39,802 bases of DNA, taken from IMG/VR virus record IMGVR_UViG_2671180139_000002, positions 1 through 39,802 of that record; one strand, given 5' to 3'. This DNA is from a virus. Taxonomy: Duplodnaviria > Heunggongvirae > Uroviricota > Caudoviricetes. The notes beneath the pieces are model-generated. The model worked only from the letters and a program-made list of their open reading frames with translations. It was not told the origin of the DNA and did no database searches. The position numbers were made by a program, and so were the translations under genes. Positions 1 to 9,371 of this stretch are shown here, piece after piece; the stretch's first letter is position 1, and the number at the start of each line of letters is the position of its first letter.

Positions 1-59
1 GGTGTTTGAGCAACGGAGAGAAGATCGGACATAGGAGCCTTGAGTTGAGGCTTCTATGG

Positions 60-77
60 TAAGTCAATACTGACTTA
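60..77. promoter_or_regulatory. Palindromic motif TAAGTCA-N4-TGACTTA
   Basis: TAAGTCAATACTGACTTA; overlaps a stop codon. Confidence 0.8.
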
Positions 78-431
78 TGTTTCAAGCGAAAAGGACTGCT
101 CGAACGTGGCGGAGACCGAGCATCCGTCGTTGCCGTTTTTCTTGCTTTCCCATTCCTCGCAGGTCCACTTCACGGCCCGGAGTTCGTCTGAGGGTGTGTA
201 GTAGAAGGAGGTGTCGCCACCGTGCGCTTCCAGGAAGTTCACGATGAAGGCAGCCTGGTCCGGCAGAAGCCGGTCCCAGTTGAGCGAGAGTACGCGTCGA
301 ATGTGGTTGAGCCCGGCGCGCGTCGTCTGGGTGTAGCCATCGCCGAACTCAGCCTTCAGCAGAGTGAGCTTCGGCTTGTCGCTGGTGCCCGGCGAAGGCG
401 GGATCGGGGGATAGAAGACCCTGAGTGCCAT
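75..431 (-). CDS. Phage minor tail protein (lambda gpM-like distal tail)
   Basis: AEFGDGYTQ...GLN motif; directly downstream of the tape measure gene. Confidence 0.8.
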   Translation of the reverse strand: MALRVFYPPIPPSPGTSDKPKLTLLKAEFGDGYTQTTRAGLNHIRRVLSLNWDRLLPDQAAFIVNFLEAHGGDTSFYYTPSDELRAVKWTCEEWESKKNGNDGCSVSATFEQSFSLET

Positions 432-447
432 GATCGACCCTTACTGA

Positions 448-3400
448 TTACCGGCGGCCGTAGGCGATACCGCCCGGCCGCATCTGCTTCTGCAATTCGT
501 TGACGACCAGGCTGCGCATCGAGCCCTCGACCTGCTTGGAGACCTGCTTGGCGAGATCTGCGTTCTGATCGTGGGTGCCGCCGCTGGCATTCACGGTGAC
601 CGGCGAGTTGATGGTGATCGCCTGCATGTTTCCGCCGCCGGCAGAACCCATTGCCGCCATCTGCTCGGGCGTGAAGACGCCCTCCCCGCGACGAGCAACG
701 ATCGGCACCTCGTCCGGCCCGAGCCCGCGGCCACGAATAACACCGCCGGTGTGGAACTTCGGGGCATTGGCAAAGATCGCCGGATTGACCATCGTGGAGC
801 GCAGATTGGATGCGCCGATGACGCCGCCGGTGTGAGCCGTGCCGGTGAGCTTCGCGAGACCGCCGCCCTTACCTGCGCCGCCGCCAGCGGCCGCGCCCTT
901 ACCTGCGCCACCACCCTTCAGGCTGCGAGTCAGGCCGCTCGTGGCCCACTGCAGGGACATCTTGGCAAGATCCTTCAGGATCGACTGGGTCAGCGACGCG
1001 AAGTCGGCCTTGCCGGTGGTGACGAAGGTCGCAAGACCATCGAGACCGCTGTCGATCCAGCCAGCCATGCCCTTCTGCAGATTGCCGCCAAAGTCGGCAT
1101 ACTGCTGAAGCTCCTTGGCGATGGGGCTCTCCTGGGCAGTCTTTTCACGCACCAGGCGGATATGCTTCTGAATCGCATCTTCGAGACGCTGACGCTCCTC
1201 CGCGCTGCCCTTGAAGTTGTCGAGGAGCTTCTGGGTGCGGTCGATCTCCTGCTGGAGCGAGTTGTCGCGCGCAGCGCCCTGGGCCATGAGCGAACGCTCC
1301 AGCTCGGCATCCTGCTGAGCCAGGCCCGCGATCGTCGAGGTGACCTCGGAGTTCTGGAAGTTCTGAAGCGCGACCTTCTTCTGCTCCAGCGCGTCCTTGT
1401 AGTTCTGGCTGTCCTTCCCGTAGAGCTCCCCGAGCTTCTGGATCTGATCGTCCCACTGGCGCGAGAGCGAGAAGTAGCCGTCCGACTGCTTGGTCGCAGA
1501 CGGGTCGTTCAGCCGGGCCATGGCCTCGGCCTGCTTGTCGGCAGCTTCCTTTGCCTGCGACGCCAGACGGTCCTGACCGGAATCAACGGACGAGCGCAGG
1601 CGCTGGTTCTTCTTCGCCTTCGCGTCGGCGTCGTCCCAGTCCTTCGTGAGCTTGATCAGCTCCTTGTAGCGATCGCTGTCGGGGTTCTTGTCCGCTCCAT
1701 AGACGCCTTCCTTGATCTGCTTGCGCAGAGCGGAGACGTGCGCGCCGAACCCGTCGGCCTTTTCGGTAGCCTGGGCGATGGCATCCTTCGTCTTCAGGAA
1801 CGTTTCGGCGAGATCGTTCTCCAGCTTCTTGGCATTTGCCAACTGCTCGATCTGCTGGGTCGCATTGAACTGCGAAACTTCGTCACCGTTCAGACCCGCC
1901 GGCGCAGCAAGCGTCGGATCGCCCGGGTTCTTCGGCCCCGCATACTGCCCGCCGGCGATCGGCGCCGTGGTGGGCGCGAAAGTCCGATTAGAGCCGAACT
2001 GAGCTGCAAGACGGCTCTTGAGCTGGCCCGCGGTGACGTTCTGCCACTTGTTCGCGGAGATCTGATCCGCGCCCAAAAGAGCACTCAGCAACGTGTCGGG
2101 CGCGGCCTGCAGCACCTTCAAGGCGCCGGAGGAGTCCAGCATGTGCGCGAGCTTGAGCTGCCAGTCGTTGGCCTGGAAGCCCTTGGACTGGAGCACCTGT
2201 GCGTTCTTGTTCGCGTACCAGGTGGCAGCCTCCACGGACATGGCCGCATTGCGACGCATGTCGAGAAGCTGGGCTGAGTTCATCACACCGCCCTTGCCGT
2301 CCTTCTGGATCAGCTCGGAGTGCATTTCCCGGATGAACTGCATCCAGGTGCCCTTGATGAACTGGGCAGCTCCCAGAGCAGACGAGGTCGAGGACTGCGC
2401 ATTGGCGTTGCCGCTGCTCTCGGAGTGGATCAGCTTCCCGAGGAAGCCGGCGCCGGGGATGATGCCGGAGAGCGAGCTGAAGGCGCCACCGATGCTGCGC
2501 ACCGCGCTGGGATCGAATGACAGCGCGCCGGCGACGTTCGTGCCCGAGACGTTGCCACGGAACGAGCTCCAGGCTTCATTCAGGCGCTGCACGGCGTTGA
2601 TCAGCGTGTTGGCCGCATTGATGATCGGGCCACCGAAGACGGTCGACTGCATCGTGCGGGCAGCGTTCTGGGCAGCCGTTTGTGTGTTGGCGAGCTGCGT
2701 GTTGATACCCTCGACCGCGCGCTGCATAGGCGTGGCGTTGGGCCCGACGCCCTTGTAGAGCCCGGCTTTCACGCCGATCGCGATCTTGTCGGTCTCGGTG
2801 AGCTTGGTCTTGCCGAGCTCCGCGCTGCGGATGACCTCCTTGTAGTACGACTCCTCGGCGCTCGCCTGGGCAGCCCGGAGATCGTTGTCGAGCTTGTTGC
2901 GGCCCTCCATCAGCTCCTGGAGCTCGCGCACCTCAGCCTTAGCCGCGATGAGCTTGTCGGTGAGGTCCTGGACCTCCTGGCGCCCCATGTCGCCATACTT
3001 GCCGTTCTGCAGGAGCTGGGTGAGGTTCATCACCTCGACGTCCGCACCCTGCAGCGCAGCCTTGTAGGCGGTCGCCTTGTCCGTCAGGCTTTCCAGGAGC
3101 TGAGCGCCCTTCTGGAATGCCTTGTCGTCGTTGACGGCCTTCGGCGCCATCGGAACGCCACTGATCAGGCTGCGCGTGGACTCGCGCTGCTGCTGAAGCG
3201 TGCGGATCTGTCCGGTGATGTTATCCGCAACCGAGAGCGCCGTGCCCTTCTGCACCGCGTCGACGGCGTTGGCAGCCTGCTCCTGGTAGTGCGTCAGGTA
3301 GGTCTCGAGATCGGCGATCTGCTTGTCGTAGAAATCGAGCGCAGCCTTCCGGGACTCCTGCTGATAGCGCTCATCCTCGTCCTTGATGGACTTGTGCGCC

Positions 3401-5130
3401 GTGGAGAGCTCGCGGACCTGCTTGTCGTGCGCGTCGGCCGCTACACGAGCCTGCTGGTCATAGGCACGCGAGGTCGCGGTCAGGCTGTCCTGGATCCGGC
3501 TCAGTTCGAGCTGCAGACCCTTGCTGACCTCGTCCTTCTCCTGCTGCCCAGTCCAGGTATCCAGCTTTTCGCGCAGCTTCGGGATCTTCGCCTCGAGATC
3601 GGCGATCTGCTGAAGCGTGTCGTCGTACCACTGACGGTTCGGGTCGTTCTCCGACAGGGTGTCGAAGCCCGCCTTCTTGAGCTGGTCGCGCTGTGCATAG
3701 AGCTTGTCGAGCTGCGCCTGCTGCTCCTTGACGTAGCCGGACGCGTCCTCGATCTGCTTGCGGGAGACAGCGCCGAACTTCTCCAGCTCCTGCCAAGCGT
3801 CCCGCGCCTTATCCTGAAACAGGCCGAAGTAGTTCGCGACCGCGACCACACCCATACCCAGCGCCGGCAGGATGCCGACAATGGAGGTGAAGCCGGTGAG
3901 CAACATCGGCGCGACGGAGGCCAGCCCTTCAGACGTGAGTGAAACGGCCGCCAATGCATCCCGAAGACTGCGAATACCGGTGACGGCTCCGCCCCAGCCG
4001 GCGAAGGCATTACCCACTACGGACGCCTGATTGCGCAGGAGCTGCAACTGAAGGCCGAGTTCGGTGAACCCGCTGGCGATCAGCTCATGCAGGGCGAGCA
4101 CCATCTTGCCGCCGAACCATGCAACGAAAACCGCGCCGACCTGCTCAATGACGCCGCGGTACTCGATCGCGGTCTCGATGACCTCACGAAACCCGGTGAT
4201 CAAGCTGCTGAGGCCGCGGCCGAGGGAATCGGCCAGGCCGTTCGCGAACTGCCCGGAGAGCAGGTTGTTGAGGTCGATGACCTGCTGCTTCACCGTATCG
4301 AAGAAGCCAGCCTGCCCCACCTTGAGGGCGAGGCTCTGCATGTTGGTGTTGACGTTCGAGATGAGGCCGTTCCAGGTGCTCATCTGAGCCTGGGCAGCGC
4401 CACCAAAGGCGCGCTCCATCTCCAGCGAGAGAGCTTCGATCGCGGGTCGTGCCTGAACCGTGCCCGTGTTGATCTTCTGGAACAGCTCGGTGACGGAAAC
4501 GCCCATGGAACGCGCCATGAGCTCGGTGGCGCGCGGCATCGCCTCGCCCAACTGCTGGCGCAGCTCTTCCATCTGGATGACGCCCTTACCCGCCATCTGG
4601 GAGATCGCGAGGGTGGCGCGCTGCAGGGTCTCGTCGGTGCCACCCATCGCGGCGACACCATCCATCAGAGCCTGCATCGAGCCCGCCATCGGGTCGATGC
4701 CGGTCGACTTGAGCTGGACGTAAGCCTTGGTCATACCCTGCAGCGAGTACGGGACCTGCAGGGCCTTCTGGCGGAGCCAATCGACCTGATCGGCCGCATC
4801 CTTGATCGGATCGGCGGCCTTGCTCATTCCCTGGAGCTGCTTGGTAAGCCGCTCCATCTCGGCGTTGACCTTGATGATATCGCCGAGCCAGCCGGTCGCG
4901 ACATCGTGGAGCTTGCCGAAAGCGCCGGTCGCGACACCGGCGACGATGGAGACGTCGCGAAGGGTTCCGAGGAAGCCCTTCGAGCTGTCAGTCATGCGCT
5001 CCAGGGCAACGATGTTGCCGTTCACGGTGCTCTGGAACTGCTGGACAGACTGCCCGGCGTGCAGAATCCGGGAAGTGAACTCCCCGGTATCAAGCTCCAG
5101 TTCAACGCGAATTCCGGCCATACTCACCAC
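448..5130 (-). CDS. Tail tape measure protein with an internal lytic transglycosylase-like domain
   Basis: 1560 aa, Ala/Gln-rich helical; N-terminal tape-measure motif (GKGVIQMEELRQQLGEAMP); internal HSESSGNANA...GAAQFIKGTW; start GTG 5130 or ATG 5121. Confidence 0.92.
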   Translation of the reverse strand: MVSMAGIRVELELDTGEFTSRILHAGQSVQQFQSTVNGNIVALERMTDSSKGFLGTLRDVSIVAGVATGAFGKLHDVATGWLGDIIKVNAEMERLTKQLQGMSKAADPIKDAADQVDWLRQKALQVPYSLQGMTKAYVQLKSTGIDPMAGSMQALMDGVAAMGGTDETLQRATLAISQMAGKGVIQMEELRQQLGEAMPRATELMARSMGVSVTELFQKINTGTVQARPAIEALSLEMERAFGGAAQAQMSTWNGLISNVNTNMQSLALKVGQAGFFDTVKQQVIDLNNLLSGQFANGLADSLGRGLSSLITGFREVIETAIEYRGVIEQVGAVFVAWFGGKMVLALHELIASGFTELGLQLQLLRNQASVVGNAFAGWGGAVTGIRSLRDALAAVSLTSEGLASVAPMLLTGFTSIVGILPALGMGVVAVANYFGLFQDKARDAWQELEKFGAVSRKQIEDASGYVKEQQAQLDKLYAQRDQLKKAGFDTLSENDPNRQWYDDTLQQIADLEAKIPKLREKLDTWTGQQEKDEVSKGLQLELSRIQDSLTATSRAYDQQARVAADAHDKQVRELSTAHKSIKDEDERYQQESRKAALDFYDKQIADLETYLTHYQEQAANAVDAVQKGTALSVADNITGQIRTLQQQRESTRSLISGVPMAPKAVNDDKAFQKGAQLLESLTDKATAYKAALQGADVEVMNLTQLLQNGKYGDMGRQEVQDLTDKLIAAKAEVRELQELMEGRNKLDNDLRAAQASAEESYYKEVIRSAELGKTKLTETDKIAIGVKAGLYKGVGPNATPMQRAVEGINTQLANTQTAAQNAARTMQSTVFGGPIINAANTLINAVQRLNEAWSSFRGNVSGTNVAGALSFDPSAVRSIGGAFSSLSGIIPGAGFLGKLIHSESSGNANAQSSTSSALGAAQFIKGTWMQFIREMHSELIQKDGKGGVMNSAQLLDMRRNAAMSVEAATWYANKNAQVLQSKGFQANDWQLKLAHMLDSSGALKVLQAAPDTLLSALLGADQISANKWQNVTAGQLKSRLAAQFGSNRTFAPTTAPIAGGQYAGPKNPGDPTLAAPAGLNGDEVSQFNATQQIEQLANAKKLENDLAETFLKTKDAIAQATEKADGFGAHVSALRKQIKEGVYGADKNPDSDRYKELIKLTKDWDDADAKAKKNQRLRSSVDSGQDRLASQAKEAADKQAEAMARLNDPSATKQSDGYFSLSRQWDDQIQKLGELYGKDSQNYKDALEQKKVALQNFQNSEVTSTIAGLAQQDAELERSLMAQGAARDNSLQQEIDRTQKLLDNFKGSAEERQRLEDAIQKHIRLVREKTAQESPIAKELQQYADFGGNLQKGMAGWIDSGLDGLATFVTTGKADFASLTQSILKDLAKMSLQWATSGLTRSLKGGGAGKGAAAGGGAGKGGGLAKLTGTAHTGGVIGASNLRSTMVNPAIFANAPKFHTGGVIRGRGLGPDEVPIVARRGEGVFTPEQMAAMGSAGGGNMQAITINSPVTVNASGGTHDQNADLAKQVSKQVEGSMRSLVVNELQKQMRPGGIAYGRR

Positions 5131-5135
5131 CTGAA

Positions 5136-5153
5136 TAAGTCAATATTGACTAC
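5136..5153. promoter_or_regulatory. Palindromic motif copy
   Basis: TAAGTCAATATTGACTAC, upstream of the tape measure gene. Confidence 0.75.
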
Positions 5154-5180
5154 CGACGGCGGGCAGGCGTTTCCCGGCCT

Positions 5181-5522
5181 TTAGAGCTTTCCCAGCCCCT
5201 TGAGCGCGAGAAGACCGTCCCGGTCGTATGCTGCTTCCTGCATGGCGAGCTGGCCCTCGTCGTACTCGACGACGGTCCCGATCTGCTTCCGAAGCCCCGT
5301 GAGAAGCTCTCGAACGCCCTCGGGTGTGTGGACCTGGGCGAGGATGGTCGCGGTGCGGTAGTCCCGCTCGGCGGCCATTCGGTCGATGTTCTTGTGAAGG
5401 AGCCAGAACATCTCGATCGGCAGATCGAGAACGTCTCTGGGCTTCATTGCGTATTCAGAGACGATGCGGGTGAAGATGTAGCCGAAGTCGACGGCTCTTA
5501 CTGCCCCGCCGCCGGAGGGTTT
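5181..5522 (-). CDS. Tail assembly chaperone C-terminal (gpGT-like) frame, reached by -1 frameshift; the ORF track starts it at ATG 5447
   Basis: Frame is open from the slippery heptamer at 5516-5522 and contains coding-like VDFGYIFTRIVSEY upstream of the first ATG; lies between the chaperone and tape measure genes. Confidence 0.7.
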   Translation of the reverse strand, partial: KPSGGGAVRAVDFGYIFTRIVSEYAMKPRDVLDLPIEMFWLLHKNIDRMAAERDYRTATILAQVHTPEGVRELLTGLRKQIGTVVEYDEGQLAMQEAAYDRDGLLALKGLGKL

Positions 5523-5857
5523 GCGGTAGCCTCAGCCTCCGCGCTCGCTTCACCCTGCTTCTGCCCGTTGTTCTTGTGGGCAAAATCCAGGAGCGCGTTG
5601 AGCTTCACCAGCTCCAGCTTCTTGAGCTGCTCGACGGTCATCGTCGGGAAGGCGCGCACGAGCATCTGGATGACGGTGTCGACCTCGTCTTCGAGCTTGC
5701 CGCTGACGCCCAGCGACTGGATGAGCTTGGTGTTCTCGACGAAGTCCTCGACCGTGACCGGCTTGAGATGATGCTCCACGCCGCCGAGCTTCACGACGAA
5801 TTCGTTCTCGGTGAGGTCAATGGCGTCGAGGTCGAGATACTTGACGGAATCGGTCAT
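5498..5857 (-). CDS. Tail assembly chaperone (gpG-like)
   Basis: Position between tail tube and tape measure genes; ends just after A-AAC-CCT. Confidence 0.75.
   Translation of the reverse strand: MTDSVKYLDLDAIDLTENEFVVKLGGVEHHLKPVTVEDFVENTKLIQSLGVSGKLEDEVDTVIQMLVRAFPTMTVEQLKKLELVKLNALLDFAHKNNGQKQGEASAEAEATANPPAAGQ
5516..5522 (-). other. Candidate -1 ribosomal slippery site A AAC CCT
   Basis: Fits X XXY YYZ in the gpG-like reading frame. Confidence 0.65.
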
Positions 5858-5876
5858 GCTTCCTGCTCTGCTGGAG

Positions 5877-5905
5877 GACTGACGACGGATTTCCCGTCGT
5901 CAGTC
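5877..5905 (-). other. Strong RNA hairpin (12-bp stem) between tail tube and chaperone genes
   Basis: GACTGACGACGG / CCGTCGTCAGTC inverted repeat; no U-tract on the coding strand. Confidence 0.6.
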
Positions 5906-5932
5906 AGTAATGATTGTGAAATGGAGCCGCGA

Positions 5933-6463
5933 TTACGCGGCTTCGGCGGTGTCGTCGCCGACGGTGAAGAGGGTCTTGGTGTCCGGGTCCGGATAGCCCT
6001 TGAAGGTGACCGTGAAGACCCGCTCGTCATCCAGCTTGTAGCTGAACTGCAGAGCGCCGGAGGTCGCCGCCTTGGGGATCACGAAGTCTTCGGAATAGTC
6101 GTCGTCGGCCAGCGCGATCGGATGCAGCACAAGCTCCTTGGCGAGCTCGAGCAGCGAAACGCCGATGCCGTTCGTGACCACGACCTTCTTCTTCGTCGGG
6201 TCGACGTGATCGGTGATCAGCGTGGCGCCGGGCATGATGCGGACCAGGTTGTCCAGCGTGGTTTCCGCCAGCGGAACCTTCGCCGTCACGGTACGGCCCA
6301 TGATGTACTCGTTGATCGGGCTCTGGCCGAACTGGTCGACCTCGACCTCGTGGGTCTGGGTCTGCACCTCGACGTCAACGCCGCCCTTGGTGTAGCCGAG
6401 ATCCTGACCGGCGAGCAGTACCCGGCAAACGCCGAGCTTCACGTTCTTGGTATCGGATGCCAT
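5933..6463 (-). CDS. Major tail (tube) protein
   Basis: LGYTKGGVDVEV...DQFG motif typical of siphovirus tail tubes; ATG at 6463. Confidence 0.8.
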   Translation of the reverse strand: MASDTKNVKLGVCRVLLAGQDLGYTKGGVDVEVQTQTHEVEVDQFGQSPINEYIMGRTVTAKVPLAETTLDNLVRIMPGATLITDHVDPTKKKVVVTNGIGVSLLELAKELVLHPIALADDDYSEDFVIPKAATSGALQFSYKLDDERVFTVTFKGYPDPDTKTLFTVGDDTAEAA

Positions 6464-6479
6464 GGTTCTGTCCCTACGG

Positions 6480-6497
6480 TAAGTCAATGTTGACTTA
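6480..6497. promoter_or_regulatory. Palindromic motif copy
   Basis: TAAGTCAATGTTGACTTA, upstream of the tail tube gene. Confidence 0.8.
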
Positions 6498-6523
6498 TTC
6501 TAGCATCGTTGAGGCAGATAGAA

Positions 6524-6541
6524 ACAGTCAAAATTGACTTA
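6524..6541. promoter_or_regulatory. Palindromic motif copy
   Basis: ACAGTCAAAATTGACTTA; overlaps a stop codon. Confidence 0.7.
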
Positions 6542-6949
6542 GTGGGGCAGAACCAAAGAACAGGCGAAATTGATCGACCACTCCAGGGCGTCGGAATCTG
6601 CCCGGGGATACACGATCGGCAGCGTCTCCGGCATCAGGCGGTTCACCTGCATGGCAAAGGAGCCGTCCTGATTGGTGAAGATGCGGCGCTGGTTGATCGT
6701 AAGGACCTGGATCACCTTGCCCGCAAGGTCTTCGCCGGCGCCGTGCGTCATCGCGCGCACGATCACCTGCAGGCCGAATTTGAAATAGCCCGGCAGCTCC
6801 TCATTGATGGCGATGCCGGTCAGCGGCGTTTTGATCAGCAGCCCCTGCGAACACTCGGCAGGCATCTCGTAGAGAAACAGGCTTTCTCCGGCGACGCCCA
6901 AGCCCGCGTCGCTCAGAAGCTCGGCCAGCAGATCAATCCTCATCGTCAT
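6539..6949 (-). CDS. Tail terminator/completion protein
   Basis: Position between the gp10-like gene and tail tube; GLQVIVRA and YPR motifs; start uncertain (6949 or 6943). Confidence 0.6.
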   Translation of the reverse strand: MTMRIDLLAELLSDAGLGVAGESLFLYEMPAECSQGLLIKTPLTGIAINEELPGYFKFGLQVIVRAMTHGAGEDLAGKVIQVLTINQRRIFTNQDGSFAMQVNRLMPETLPIVYPRADSDALEWSINFACSLVLPH

Positions 6950-7418
6950 CGTCGGAATCTCCTTCACCGCCCTCCAGGGTCCATTCCTCTGCAACGGCGC
7001 TGATCATCGCGTTCTTGAGCTTGGCCTCGCTGTCCGCCATGGCGCGCTCCAGGAACTTTTCGCCGATATAGACGCCAGGGTTCGCCATGCGCTTGGCGAT
7101 CGTGCCGGCGCCTGGCTTCAAGCTGGAATAGTTTTCGTGCACCAGCAGCGCGTACCGGTCGACATTAACGCCGTTCACCTCGCCACCCATCACGATGTCG
7201 ATCTTCAGACGACCTCGGCGCTCGTACCCGATCTCCTTGTGAATCGAGTCTTCCAGGTTGTGCTTGTCGACCGGGGCGTAGAGCTGCGCCGTTTTTACGA
7301 TCTTGTCGGCGCCGCGCCGCATCGTCTTGCGCGCCTTGTCCTCCACGCGCTCTCCGGCATGGCGAAGGGCGATGACGAGCTGGTCAAAGCCTTCCGCGCG
7401 CATCTTCGCCTTCATCAA
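6933..7418 (-). CDS. HK97 gp10-like neck/tail component
   Basis: APVDKHNLEDSI, YALLVHE and KFLERA motifs. Confidence 0.75.
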   Translation of the reverse strand: MMKAKMRAEGFDQLVIALRHAGERVEDKARKTMRRGADKIVKTAQLYAPVDKHNLEDSIHKEIGYERRGRLKIDIVMGGEVNGVNVDRYALLVHENYSSLKPGAGTIAKRMANPGVYIGEKFLERAMADSEAKLKNAMISAVAEEWTLEGGEGDSDDDDED

Positions 7419-7759
7419 GGACCCCAGTGCGCGAAATCGACCTCGTAATGATCCAGGATCCCGAGCACGCTGTATCGCGGCTGGACCGTGATCACCTTGA
7501 GTGTAAAGCCGGCGATCTCGAAGCGGTCGCCGGCGATGATCGTGACGGTGGCGGGAAACAGGATCTTCGCGTCGGACACGGTTTCCTGCGCCGAGCCGCG
7601 GGAGGCGGAGCTGTCGGAGCGAACGGACGTCTTCTGATCGGTGTTGGCGAGACTGACGACGCCGCAGTCGACGGTTTCGGGGATGCTGAAGCGCGCCTCG
7701 GCCTTAATGGTCATGCCGATCTTGCGGCTGAGCCGCCCGGTGTTGTTGGGAATGAACAT
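7415..7759 (-). CDS. Head closure / head-tail adaptor protein
   Basis: Size, position, GDRFEIAGFTLKV...HYEV pattern. Confidence 0.6.
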   Translation of the reverse strand: MFIPNNTGRLSRKIGMTIKAEARFSIPETVDCGVVSLANTDQKTSVRSDSSASRGSAQETVSDAKILFPATVTIIAGDRFEIAGFTLKVITVQPRYSVLGILDHYEVDFAHWGP

Positions 7760-8520
7760 CAGTCGGCTCCCCTGGTCAGGATCGCGTCCGCATTGGGGTG
7801 GAAGATGCCGGAGCGCACCTCTGCATAGGTCGGAAGCTCGGAATCGGACGACATGGCGATCCGCATTCCATGGCTTTGCGCATTCGGATCGACGTGGCTC
7901 ACCTCAGCCTGGTCCAGGCCGTGATCGGCCAGCGTCAGGAGCACGATCTCGTTGTAGAGGCTGAGCAGGTGATGACGCCACACGGCGCGAACGAACTTAC
8001 GGGATGGCCACTTGGCGTTGCCGCGATCGTGAAAGAAGAACTGGATGTCGGCGGCGTTGCCAATGCGGTACTGCAGCAGCGCCGCCTTCATGGTAATCCG
8101 ACGGGAGCGGGCCGCGATCGTTACCTGCAGCACCGCCTTACGCAGCGATTCCACCAGATGCGCAACGTCGCGCTCGATCTGCACCGAGAGTTCGTGCGTC
8201 AGATAGCTCACCGCAGCGATCAGGTGCTCACCGGCAGCTTCCGTGAGCTCGCTCGCACTCTCAGCGCCCAGCTCGCGCAAAGTCGTCTGGTGAGCTTCTG
8301 AAGCGATTTCGACGCTGTGCGCGTCAATCATCGCCGCTTCGGTGCTGATGAAGGTGCGAGCCAGATCGTAGGCTTCTGCACGCACGTCGGCGAGCTGCCG
8401 AGCGGACCCGAAATCGGGGGAGGCGATGGCGGCCTGGTAGATTGCGCGCCATGCTTCGATCAGGAGTTCGTAACGCTGGGCCGCGGCTTCACTCTCCGCG
8501 GTCATACGGGTCGTGATCAT
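7759..8520 (-). CDS. Conserved phage head-module protein (possible minor head protein)
   Basis: Coupled to both neighbours; C-terminal IFHPN motif reminiscent of minor head proteins. Confidence 0.5.
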   Translation of the reverse strand: MITTRMTAESEAAAQRYELLIEAWRAIYQAAIASPDFGSARQLADVRAEAYDLARTFISTEAAMIDAHSVEIASEAHQTTLRELGAESASELTEAAGEHLIAAVSYLTHELSVQIERDVAHLVESLRKAVLQVTIAARSRRITMKAALLQYRIGNAADIQFFFHDRGNAKWPSRKFVRAVWRHHLLSLYNEIVLLTLADHGLDQAEVSHVDPNAQSHGMRIAMSSDSELPTYAEVRSGIFHPNADAILTRGAD

Positions 8521-9368
8521 GAGCGGGTCGTCGTCACTCTAAATTCGAGGTAGCCGGCGAGATATTCCAGCGCTGCGGAGCTCATGCCGAGATCGAGCGG
8601 CTTGCCGGAGCGGAACATCATCGAGCTCTCGCCGATGGACTCGGAGAGCAGTCCGGAGCGCCGCTTGGCGTTTGCTGTGCCACCCTGCAGAACCTCGTCT
8701 GCCTCGGCAACCTGCGCCTTGCAGAGCGCCAGGCGGAAGCGGCTCGGATAGCGCTGCCACAGTTCGGCGTCCATGTAGCGCCACAGCGTCGCCGGGATGA
8801 CCGTGTCGTCCGCGACGGCTGCCCGGTACATGATGTCCTGATCCTCCGGGCGCTGCACCCGATAGCCGAGTCTGGTCAGCCGCCGGAAGGCTTCCACCAG
8901 GGCGTTCTGCCGCTCCATGTCCGTTGCAGCGTTCCAACCGGCGAGACGAGGCATGGTGGAGACGTGTATCAACGCCTGCTCGTAGGTCTGGAAGGTGTTG
9001 CGCAGCAGCACGAAGCGATTACGCGCCTGTAGCAGGTAGGTCTGCCCCGTCGTGAAGACGCCACCCTCGGTGGTGATCTCCAGCTCCACGGTGCGAGCGC
9101 CAGTGGTTGCCTGAAGAATGCCCTCCTCGTCGAAGGTGCCGTCCTGCTTCTGATCGGGAAAAGGCGCCAGGGTATTAGTGGCAGCCTTGACCATGATGTC
9201 GATGTCGGTGGCGCCGGTCTCGAACGAGATGTCGGAGAAAGCTACAACCTCCTCCCCGTTCTGATCGAGCACGCGCGCCCGCAGCCCCGTCGGCGTGACC
9301 GGATCACCATTCAGGTCGATGAGCGGAATGACAACGTTGACGGCAACGCCGGCGGGGAACGTGTGCAT
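8517..9368 (-). CDS. Head-tail connector / head completion protein with an N-terminal beta-rich domain
   Basis: C-terminal ALVEA..RL and SESIGESSMMF motifs; position downstream of the capsid gene. Confidence 0.6.
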   Translation of the reverse strand: MHTFPAGVAVNVVIPLIDLNGDPVTPTGLRARVLDQNGEEVVAFSDISFETGATDIDIMVKAATNTLAPFPDQKQDGTFDEEGILQATTGARTVELEITTEGGVFTTGQTYLLQARNRFVLLRNTFQTYEQALIHVSTMPRLAGWNAATDMERQNALVEAFRRLTRLGYRVQRPEDQDIMYRAAVADDTVIPATLWRYMDAELWQRYPSRFRLALCKAQVAEADEVLQGGTANAKRRSGLLSESIGESSMMFRSGKPLDLGMSSAALEYLAGYLEFRVTTTRS

Positions 9369-9371
9369 GGA

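Noticed and set aside
571-5184. Long + strand ORFs (568, 420, 365 aa) opposite the tape measure gene, and similar ORFs opposite capsid, terL and rtcB
   Set aside because: Antisense shadows caused by high-GC codon bias; no motifs; fully overlap well-supported genes.
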